Positions 24,201 through 36,200 of a DNA stretch of 64,000 bases are shown here, piece by piece. How positions within the stretch are numbered: the first letter of the stretch is position 1; every line of letters begins with the position of its first letter. Under the pieces are notes generated by a model. That model was not told the origin of the DNA and searched no databases. It saw nothing but the letters and a program-made list of their open reading frames with translations. The stretch is from Ascidiella aspersa (Eukaryota). A program made the translations under genes and the position numbers. The stretch spans positions 9,734,001 to 9,798,000 of the forward strand of contig OZ004614.1 in assembly GCA_963924565.1 (NCBI GenBank), written 5' to 3'.

Positions 24201-27200
24201 ATTAACAATTTTGCTTGTTGGCCATAGTAATGACGTCGTTCGGTATGGGATAAGATCGCGACACTTTTTGTTTTTAAGCCCCATTTTTATCGCTGTCGAA
24301 TTTTGGATACAAACTTCTTATGGGATTTCAGCAATGAATTGCGAACCAAGGCAGAGATTCTAGCCTAAAGGTTAATTTCTTCCAAAATGTTTGGTTAGCA
24401 ACTAGAGGTAAATAAATTTCTTAACGCATAACCAAATTTTGGTGTAACAACATGAAAAAATACCTTAAACGTTGCAATTTTATTGACTTTGCTTGTTTAA
24501 GCACAGCAATAACGTTATTTAGTATTGAATCGGATCGCGATACATTTTGACCGAAAAATCGGTTGTCGGTAACAAAATAAAATGTCGAGCATCATACATC
24601 CCTTATTCTAACCATTGGAATTATACGTTCCTTCACAAATTACTGACACCCATAGGTTCACACAAACACAAGTACACTACAGTCGGCCCAGAAATTCCGA
24701 AACAAGCACAAAAAATGAGTCAAATGACACGCCACGATTAAAGGCCCGTTTACACTACAGCTGAGCTGAGCTGAGCTGAGCTGAGCTGGGCGTAAAAATC
24801 GCTCCAACACGTAACGTTTTTCTATAGCTGCACTGGGCTTGAGTTTAGCAGAGCGTGAAAATCGCTCCAAAGCGTATTTTTTTTCAGCTGCACGGGGCTT
24901 GAGTTTAGCAAAGCGTTAAAAACTCGAAACAATAGAATTTAAATGCAATCTCAGCTCAGTGCAGCTGTAGTGTAAACGGACCTTAAAGGCAAACGGCCAG
25001 AACAAGCCAAACCTGAAAAAGAAGAGCAGGTGCGGCAGACAGGTGCAAATAGCAAGGGTGAGGATAACGTTCTCGGGCACCACGGCGCACGTCAGTCTAC
25101 ACGGGAGTAGTGCCAGCACCAGGATATGAGCTATGTAGAAACTGGCGTTCATCGGGTCGGTGAGTAGAGTGCCGCCGAATGGAAGGATTCCCTGCGCGAA
25201 ATACACCAATTAATACTATTGGGAATGTACGGTAATATCGGTTAAAATGCGATACCCGCTGTGCACCAATAACGCTTGTTCGTCGTACGATAGTATCGGT
25301 TGAAACCGATATCAGTGCCAAGTGGTAGAGTCCGTACTCGTCCGATACCAGAGTGCGATCGCTGCCAGTCAGATACCAAATTATTGTAACAATTTCAATT
25401 TTAGCTATTTAGCTTGTTTGAGCTTAGCAACAACGTAGTTTTGTATCGAATCGCGAAAACTTTTGCCAAAAAATATCGGGTATCGGCATCCGAATAAAAT
25501 TTCAAGTATCGGACACCCTTATAGTATTAATCACACGCAGACTGAACAGTTTTTTTCTCACCTCCTTGTGAATGTCGACGACGGCCAGCGAAAGATAAGC
25601 GATACTCATCAGGTAAGTGAGAATCTCCAGTGTGAAGCGAGCGTACTGCCTCGCGTCCGTCGCCCTTATCAGGTAACACTCGTCTGTCAGACTTGTGACG
25701 TTGGTCGCCTGATTTGTGACGTAGGTCTGTCGCGAGGAGGGGCGTGTTATTGGCCAACTACGTACATATATCGGAGGACTGACGAGTCGGAGTAACTTTT
25801 TTGGACTGGGGGGTTAAGACTCGAGCAGGGCAATTTGTTTGGTTTTTTAAAAACACAAATTTCCAAAAACTTAAGTTATATTTATTATAGTAATTTCTAT
25901 GGAAGAATAATTTAACTTTTAATTTTCTGTTTGGTTTACGGTGTTCAGCATCATGCAAAGTTTGTTTATATTATGCATTATACATATATTTAATTTACGT
26001 TATATTTTTAATTATAAAATTGTTCTATCAGTTAATATTATTTTATTGTTAAATATACCGACTTTTCGATAACCTTTACAAGAAATCTTCAAGTTCATTA
26101 CCCTGATGAAGCATTCCTGTAAAGTTATCGAAACGTCGGTACACTTACTAGGATTTTTTTTGGTCGGAAAAAAACAATTTGATAATGGATACAATGCCCG
26201 ACAGCAAATGTATATTCATTATATTTTTAATCAAAGGTATTACTGTATCTAAGGTATTTCAAGAAATCGGTTTCGGGGAACGGCAGAGATTGTCAAACTG
26301 TGACTTGCGACTTGTGACGCTGCGTCGTTTTATTCTTCCACTCGACTGCAGTAATAAAACGTTCCATATTAAACGTTCTCTAAAATATATTTTTGGTCTA
26401 TAGTTGCACTTATATCGCCCTGAAGAAGATTGCCCGAACAGGTAATCGAAACGTTGGCACTATAATAAAATTTTGCCGGAAGAACAATTTTACAATTGAA
26501 ACACGTCTGGCAGCAACAGAATATTCATAAAGCAAGATGTACGCCAAAAAAAACTCAAACCAACTGTTCTATAGTGGAGATAAACTACGTTATCGTTCGG
26601 AAAAGTCATATCGGTCGATCTCTATCTTAGATAAATACTTTTGGACCGGTAAACAGAAAAAAAAACTTACGGACAGCACAAAAACCAATATAAAGCGAGA
26701 TGTACGCTAATAACAACTCAAACCAACTGTTCTATAGGCAAGTGGTGGAGATAAACTCTGTTTTCGGTCGGAAAAGTTATGATGGTCAATCTCTAAATAA
26801 GATAAAACATTTTCGACCGGCAAACAAAAAAAAAAATACTCACCGACAGTACATAAAAGCAATATAAAGCAAGATGCAAACCAACTGTTCTATAGGCAAG
26901 TGGTGAAAATAAAAACTGCTATCTATCAGAAAACGCATATCGGTTGATCTCTAACTTGGATAAAAAACTTTTAGACTGGGAAACAGAAAAAAAAAACTTA
27001 CGGGCAGCACAAAAAACAATACAAAGCAAGATGTACGCTAACAAAAACTCAAACCAACTGTTCTATAGTGGAGACAAACTCCGTTATCATTGGGATAAGC
27101 CATATTGGTCGATCAATCTCTAACTTAGATACGAAAGTTTCGATGGGAGAACAAAAAAAAACTCACAGGCGGCGGCTGGAGGAAAAACGCCGTTAGGAAG

Positions 27201-30200
27201 ACGACGAGGTAGAAGAAGAAGATCAAGCCGGTGGTGTAGAATCGAACCTTGCCGTACTGCTTCCACTTTTCGTGGAGTAGTTGGATGAGGACCCCGTCGA
27301 GCATCTCCAGATGCTTCCGGGATTTGTCCCTGAGGATAATGGCCAGGGCGCTGTGTGCGTTGATGCTGCCGGTCTTGGGGTCGATCTGATAAGCGGAGAA
27401 AAGGAATTTTACGGATCTAGCGCATCACTAGGGTGATTATTTTTAGACCTAAAAAATTAGCAAAATTGCAACGTCAAAAGTTTTTTTTTTTATTTCTTGT
27501 TATAAAATTTGATTGGGTCCTCTACTATTTCAATATACTACCCAGGAATCAAACTACTACTGAGAGATTGGGTTTCGCATCAACTCCCGAAATATATTAC
27601 TCAGACATGTCTAATGTGAGTGACAGAGTTGTAAACAAGTCATTTAGAAATAAGTCCCGGTCAAGTCATTTGAAAAAAACTTAAATCCAAGTCAAGCCTT
27701 TTTTCAAAAATAACAAGTCATTAGTTGCCCAAGTCAAGTCATTTTTACAGCATGTCAACTTCAAGTCAAGTCATTGACATAAACATTAAACGTTTAAACT
27801 AATGAAATGAAATTGTTTAACGTACAAAAAATGGAAACAAATAACCCAACTTTATCAAAAAATAATGAAAACAATTAATTTTAACCCTAGATATTTGACT
27901 TAATCACTTTTAAGTCCATGTCAGGTTATTCTTCCACAAGCCTTAAGTCATGTCAAGTCATTTTGATGAAAAGACTTAACACAAGTCAAATCATTTAAAA
28001 ACAGTGACTTTAGTGCACTTTAACTCAAGTCATTTTAAAAAAACAGTGACTCAAGTGCACTCAAGTTACTCAAGTCATTGACTTAAGTCATTGACTTAAG
28101 TCATTGCAACACTGGTGAGTGCGGTACCGTGTCAATGCTGGAAAGTGGGTACTTGGCGCAGGTGACTTTGGCGAACACCCACTCGATTTCGCCCTGTCGT
28201 TCCATGATCAAATCCATCATCTGCTTTCTGGCAAGCTTGGCGGCGAGTGTGAGTGGCGTGAGATGTTGCCTACAAGAGAAGATAGGAAAATGTGCGACGG
28301 TCGCTGTTATACGTATAACACCCTTATTTTAACACTCTTGTAGATAATATATAATTTGCCAAAATAGCAATTCTGGATTCTGATTTTGGATCATAATGGT
28401 TTGAGGTTGTGGTTAGACGTAGTGTGAATACCAAAGCCCATGCAGAACATCAGATGTTGAAAAACTATAAAGAGGTATTCAAAACATTTAAAATGAAACC
28501 TACTTCTGTATGGGCTTCGATATTCTTACTAAGGATTTCGCTTGTTACCTAATTCTAGCTTGTTTTTCTTTTAAAATGGGTTTTAAGAGATCAGAAAAGT
28601 TTTTGTATCTTCGGTGACATTTGACGAACTGTAATTCTTCGCGTGTTGTTCTAGCCAGCTGATACTACAACGTAAGCTCCGGGGATTTCGCTAGGCTCTG
28701 GGAAAAAAATGTTTTGAGTAGATTGAAATTATCTATATACGCTTGCTGTCAGTTTGAGTTGGGCGAGTCGGCAACATTATTTTAGTTAGAAGGGTATTGC
28801 TGAATACAACAAAGAGGCCACACTGCCCGCTTACAAAGGCTATGGCTACTAATTCTCTGTTGTATAGTTACAAATGTACACAATTATATTTAATACAACC
28901 GTTCAATAAAGTTGAGAGACCATTTCAGTCTTTAAAAAAAATAAAAAAAGCACGAGTGTTCAACTGAAATGCGGTCCTTCTATTTTCTGAGCAATTAATA
29001 CAAAAAAATCCAGCCTGCACTAAGATTCGAACTCACAACCTATGGTCTAAGTTGTGAGTTGTGACAGTCGCTAGTCCAACTATGCTACAGGAAGGCAAAC
29101 TAATAAGACAAACGAGAACCAACCACAACACTGTTGTGTGCTATCAAACCTTTAGAAAAACGGAAACTCACTTGTTTTCCTGCTTTAAAAGGGTCTTTCC
29201 AATTTCCCTAAGTTCGCCGTTCACCTTTTGCTTGTGGCCGTACACCAAATTGAACATATCCTGCAGAAAGGTTAGCGTTTAAAAATATAATGTCAGAGGA
29301 CAGCTAGAAGCGGGTTATAGACCTGAAGAGACCAACAAACTACAAAACCGCCCAATGAAAGATATTAGGGATTTCTACACCAACTCAAAACAAGGGCAGT
29401 AAGTTCAAAAACACAATTTGAAAGGTTTTCGCTGCACTAATGCGCAAATGTTGTCAAATTTATTAAAGGGGTGCCTTATATCTACAACTGACTTTACGAG
29501 TCAGGCCAGCTTAAACCAGGTAGGCAAACTGGTTTCAATTTTACTATAGAGCGTATACATGGAAGCAAAATAAGCTTTATGATAAGAATTCAATACCGCA
29601 TGCTCCCAAGGCGGTTGAGTTCGTGTGCCAAAGGATCACACTAAAACGTTTTGTCGAGAAAAACTTAGGCTCGGAAAAGAAAATGAAAATATTTTTATGG
29701 ACAGCAGAAATTAGAAGAACAAAAAATCGGTGCGTTAAAGTGTTGCCCGTCGATCTCGTGGTGTTAATTATAGATAAAACAAAGGAGTACGGTATCGTTT
29801 GCTACGGGCTCGGACGACCAACGAAACATCTTACCTTGAGATTATGAATGACGGTCATATGGAGAAGGTTGTTGCCGTTGGTGTCGGTTACACAAAGGTC
29901 CGCTCCCTTATCAAGCAGCAACTGAAAGGCGTCCTTCTGAACGGCACATACGGCGAACGACAAGGCGTACTCGCCCCAGTAAATCATTCTGCGGGTAAAA
30001 ACAAACCAAAACAGTGTTTTTATCGCAATTTGAACGTTTAATTTACGACATACCTAGACCGATATATCGGTTGACCGTAAAAATCGGCTGGGTATCGTTC
30101 AATTTGGGCCGATAATTTTGGCAATATTTTGCCATGAAAATATTATATAGCGTTTCCTTTGAAATCAACAAAGTTTCTAATTTTCTTCCGAACTTCTGAA

Positions 30201-33200
30201 CTTGTCATTTGCTTTCATTTTCACGGCCTACTTTTTAACATAGTGTTTTGTCACCTTGTTTAGCATGATGCAACTTTATCATACAAAAAATTTGCGAAAC
30301 AGCGTTTTCTGCTTTTGAAAAGTATTATTTTACAAAAACAGCAAACTACTGACCAAAGATAACTTAGATTCCTAATGCTTGCGAAAATTTTGGCCCGTAA
30401 ACCAGAAAATGCATTTTGTTTGCAAACATTTTAATCTTCCCAAAACATTAAGTACTGCTTTCTGAATTCTGAATTGCAACGGTCCAAAAGTGTGTCCGTT
30501 ACTAACAATTTACTGGGATGGGCAACAAACAAGTGTTTGCTTAACAAAAATGAATTTGATACTGTCAAGTTACAGCAGTGGCGTTTGCTTTATGATTTGA
30601 TTTGCAACTAATTTTATACCAATTCGACGGGGTTCAAAATTATACACAATGGTCATCAAGTATGTTTTGGGTGAAAATTACTGAACTTGCTGAACATGAC
30701 AAAGGTTTAATCTGAACTTTGGTATTTTCCTATAAAAAGTGCAAAACATAACGCTTGAATCACCCAAAATCGTTTTTTTTTTCAAACCTTAACTAGAAAA
30801 GGTAATTTTCTCCAACAGGGGATTGGGGATTTCTAGCAGGGCCTTATCTCATGGGTAAGTATACTGTAGGTGTATCGAGCTATAAGCCGTCAATGACTGT
30901 GCAACAATAGCGAACTAATAAGATTCCGATGCCGGAGACGGTGCTTTGTACCCTTTCACAAACAGAACGCACCCAGCCGAACACTGTAAAAACGCCTTTG
31001 TGTCGTCACAGAAGAGCGAGCGGGTGTTGTTTGGTTTCAAATCAGCCAGCAGGCGAGGCCAAGCGACGGCAAACACATTACAAAAACAAAGCGAAAAACT
31101 TGTAAAAAACAATATTAGGAGAAAATATCAAAAGAGAAAGCGTGCGTGAATTGGTAAAAACTCTCTTTAATGAAAACACATTGGTAAAAAATAGTTTGAA
31201 CCTAAATTCTAAACCCAATAGTTAATCAGCAGTAATCCAAGTTGCGTAAACAGTTTTGTAGGGACAAATGTATCACGAATTTTTCTTCTAACATTACTTT
31301 GGGTAAAAAAGTACTCGAAACACTGCTAAAGGTTAACATTTTGTCCCGCTGCCAGTGGATTTACTATAGGCCTGTGTTCTTAGGCGTGTAATCCGTAGTT
31401 TCGTTGGCAACGAATCTCTAAAAAAACATCAACGCTGATTTTTGACGGTAAGCCGCGTGCCAAATAGCCTATCTTGGCCCGTGAAGGGTGGAAGAAGTCT
31501 ATGAAAAATCGACAACCGCTTTGATGTAACTTTCAGTTGACAAAACTTGCTGTTTTCAAAAAAGCTTCTAGAAATATGATATTAGAAAATTGCGTATAAT
31601 CCTAAACTGGGTGCGATGTCCAAGCGAAATACGAAATGTGCTTGGTCAGCGGGCGAGGAGCTTAACAATCTACGTAAATTTACGGCAATATTATTTTCCA
31701 GTGCTATTTTTGTGTCAATTCACTGTGGTGGACATGGTCTATCTAAACAACGAGTAGAATGAGCAAAAATGAGACCACGCAACTTTGCTTAACTAAAAGC
31801 AACACATTGCATGTATTTTGGACTGAGCACAAACAATGCCATATTATGCTACAGTTAAAAACACCTTGCAGATTTAAAAAAGACAAGATACTTCGGACTT
31901 TGTGGTTAAAGTTACTGTAAATAAATTAAAATGGATTATAATCTAGTGTCTAGCCTAGTCGATATATTTCCACAAATTTAAAGGGTAGGGTTGCCCGATA
32001 ATATTAGATCGGAGACGATACACGATGCCGAGTGGTAGTATCGGTAATGAACGATATCAGAGTGGTATGGGTGCCGATCTGATAACAGTGTATGAAATAA
32101 TAAAAGAATAGCGAAGCAACGCAGTGATTACACCTTGTTGAAAGATAAATTTATAATCTGGAAAACATTGCCTTGACGTTTCGATTTTGTCTATACTTTT
32201 GATCGGATCGCGACAATTTTTGTCTAAAATATAGCGTTTCATCGCCTGAATGAAATGTCAAATAACGGACATACTATAGGGTAATATGGGTGCCGATACG
32301 ATAACACATTGATTCAGCCAAAGGTTGCGATATAACCGAGTGTTTCTACTTTAAAAAAATAGTACAATAACAATAAAGGTTATCCAAGTTGTTTTCCTAA
32401 TTGGCAAACAATACGTGTTCACGGTTCAATTTTATTACAACTGCTTTTTAAACGCCATATACCGCTTTTCAGACGCCGTACGTTTTTTTCAAAAATATAA
32501 GAGTTTGTAAATGAAGTGTGTAGTTTTAAAAAAAAAGATAGAAATTATCCGAATAGGTGATCGAAACGTCGGTACTTTTTTCTACGAACTTACCCGTTGT
32601 AGTCGGTGTTGGGGTTCACCATCACCCACTCACTGTCGGGTGAGTCCCTCCGGGAATCCTTCTGATCCAGGGGTGAGAAAAAACTGCCAACACAGCGTTC
32701 CTGAAGGTTGATGGGAAATACCCCGGGGCCTCGCTGAAAAGAAACGACTGACTTTCACGTACGTGTCGCACAAAGTAACGGTTTTAAGTGGATTTGCAGT
32801 TGGTCGTGTGAGGGATGTTATGGGATTAGTACCGAGGCCAGATGGCAGGTAGTGTTGGTACTTGTCTAGTGTCCATACGACGATTGTAGCGGTGCATACC
32901 AGATAAACCATAAATTTTGGCATTCTAACACAGGGTTTATTACCTAAAAGGGTTTAAATTTGTCCAAAAATATGTGTTTACGACAGACGGTAGTTGAAGC
33001 GAAAGCATATCATGGCTTATTAACATGGTTCTCATGAATGGACTTTGTACGTTTTAATTTTTAACAATGTTGTTGACCACGATAATGACGTTATTTGCTA
33101 TCGGATCTAATGGTCGAATTCGAACGTTTGGCCCAAAATACCGAGTATCGATTTCACAATGAAGTACCAAGTATCGGATATCGAACTGGGCGAAGTTGAC

Positions 33201-36200
33201 GCGCTGGATTGGTTTTGGGCAATATCTCCAAAAGTTGTGACGAGACAAAGTTCAAATTTCTACACAATCCTTATATTGCTTACATCTTTCCAGCAATCAC
33301 ACTTTTAGCGAAAAAATATGAATATTCATTTTCATAAATATTAATATTCAGCTATATTAACACCCAATTTTCAAACTTTCTCGCTAATTTTTTCACGAAA
33401 TAAACTACAAGACATACTCTTCAAAATGAGCCATAGGTCGCAGTCAATATAAATCGGGCCTTGCTTCAATATGCGATCAAAAATTTCATAACTGCTCAAG
33501 TTCGACATATGGCCTTTCGATTTCAAATACCCCAAATACCACCTAATATTCAGGTAATATAAAAAAAATATATATATTAAAAAAATATTAATATTCATTT
33601 TTATAAATATTAATATTTTTTCGCTTAAAGTGTGATTGCTGGAAAGATGTAAGCAATATAAGGATTGTGTAGAAATTTGAACTTTGTATCGTCACAACTT
33701 TTGGAGATATTGCCCAAAACCAATCCAGCGCGTCAACTTCGCCCAGGTGGATATCGCTACAAGGGTTTAGAAGTTGGACATTGGTGTAGATGTACAGTAG
33801 AACAAATGAAGGCAGTAGGATGGTATTTTGGTCGAGGTACAATATTTTCCGAGGTAAGGCCAATCAAAATTTTATGAGCAAGATTTGGGTACATTTTGGG
33901 TTAACTAAATCCGACGTTATTAACCTTTTTCATAACCTTCACGCCTATAATGTATTTCACCTATTTTTAATTAGGCCTGCAATCAACTAATCAGTAAATA
34001 TCACGTCATTTCAATATTAAACAATTGGAACGCTAAGCTATTCGGCCGTCCAAGATATTATCTCAAAGCATTATCAAAGTCACCTTGATTTTATACTATA
34101 AGGCAGTCCTTTTCGGTACTGCATCCCAAGAATGCTTTTATCAGGAAATATAACAACACGATAACGAAAAAATTCTGACTTCCCTATTGAAGGAATCCTG
34201 GAATGGTAGCCGAAACATCGGATAACATAAATAAGTACCGAAAGAACTCATTTTCAGTATATATATACTATGCCTGGTAGCAACAGCATATTAAACGGTC
34301 GATTTTACATTTAGTTAAATAAATATTTAAAACCGTCGTCTCTTAAGACATGTTTTAACATTTGGACATCCACCATCAGATGTTTAGTTCTTTATAGGTC
34401 CTATTGCGTTTGTCCACAATTGAGGCGCTGCAATATCTTGTGAACACCGACCTCTTCGTTTTTCCTCAGCATGAATCGCAGCATCTCAATGTCCTCGTTA
34501 GCGATTGCCATGTGAAGGCACGTCTCACCGTAGTAGACGTCGCCCTGGTATATGTCGTGCACTGTACAAGTTACGCGGGAAATCTGTTAGTCATTGACTT
34601 TAAAGTACTTCCTAATCCAGTATCTCAATTAAGCAAGGCAGTGTAAACGGGTGTGTAAAAGGGAATTTTTTAAATACTATAAAAAACAATGCTCAATTCA
34701 AATAATTGCCCAATTAAAATGGGCACAAAAAGGGCTAATGTTTACACCTATGGGTTATACCTAATGGCATTTTTTTTTACTTAAAAACAACTTTAAATAG
34801 AGTGTTGGCAAGCTAGATAAGTTTCAAACTTATTTCTGTTTAAGATTTAGAATCTAAAACTCACTAAAATATGCGTTTCTTTGTCATTTACTTGCAGGAC
34901 ACGTTTATATTAGATTTAGGGAAGATGTTTTTGGCTTTCAATTACTTTATAGAAATAGATATTGAAACCCATGAAGGAAAAATTGATTTACTGCAGTTTT
35001 TGTTAAAAAGAAACAATGTAATCTTGCTTTGTTCAGATCTGCTTGCAGTATAAAAATGAATTAACTACTGGGTAAACGTTTCTAACTAAAATTCACTGAA
35101 ATAGAACGCAATACACAAAAACTCTTTTGTAAAGCGAAAACCAAAATAGACAAAACGTATTAAACTTGGCTGCCGTGTGTGATGTAACACTGAGTAGCAT
35201 TGCACGCACAAGTTACTTCCTGTGAAGACTATTTGCTAAACAGAACAAAATTTTGAGCTAATTTCAGTAGTTACAATTATCGGTTTGGATTGTGAATATA
35301 TTGGCGATATATATTTTATACAGTACAGTTAAATTCCGGACATATAAGCAGCTTTTGCCATTTCTTCCTGACACAGATTTCAACACTAAAATAAAAGTTA
35401 AAAAGTTCTTTTCGTAAAGTTAATAAATTCCAAAAAAATAAAAAAATACTCAAAAGTTTTACTGGTAATAACGCAAATAACAGAATCTTTACAAATTTTG
35501 CGAAATAGTCCAAAAATAAGATTTAAATGATAAAATTTTAGATCAATAAATTATTTATATTATTTCAATTTAACCAAAAGTTGCAAAAATTTTTGAAATC
35601 AAATGCACTCACTTTTTTTAGAAATCATTATTACCTTGCTGCTTGCTTTCATTACTAAGTTAGTTTGCAAAGATTTGCTAGTGAGGAATACGCATATACA
35701 ACTACAGCACAATTTTGATTTGCATTCTTTATGCAAATGTACTCACCCAAGTTGGGAAAGACGTTAATCATTTCTTTTGCAAGGAAGTTGTGCAACTGAG
35801 TATTGTTAAGGAAGCAAATATGCAGAGCTGTTTCACCCAATGGACCCCGTTTGTTGGCATCCCAACAACAATAACGAGTTTGTGAACCTGCAGCAGAAAA
35901 AGTTGCTCAAAAGGAGTATATTAATTGTAGGTTAATTTCAAATCAGTTAAATGTGATGTTATTGTCAGCCTAAATAATGTTTCTCCGAAATTGCCGGAAG
36001 GCCTTCTTTTTAGTGTATAAGCCATGGCTTGCAGCAATAGAATATTTATGACAATTCTTAGGCTGATAAATGATTCTATGTATGTTTTTATACTGAGAGT
36101 ACGAATGTTAACTATACTACAAAAATAAACTGATTTTACAAAATTGCATATTACTTTCCAAACAAAAACGATTTGTTACCTTCGAATTTCAGCTTCAAAT

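Noticed and set aside
24760-24790. (CTGAG)n microsatellite as an independent or switch-region-like feature
   Set aside because: It is a subterminal repeat inside the Harbinger MITE and is mirrored at the other end.
26529-27166. Repeat array as a CRISPR-like locus
   Set aside because: The sequences between the conserved motifs are homologous to each other rather than unique spacers, the context is a eukaryotic intron, and no cas genes are present.
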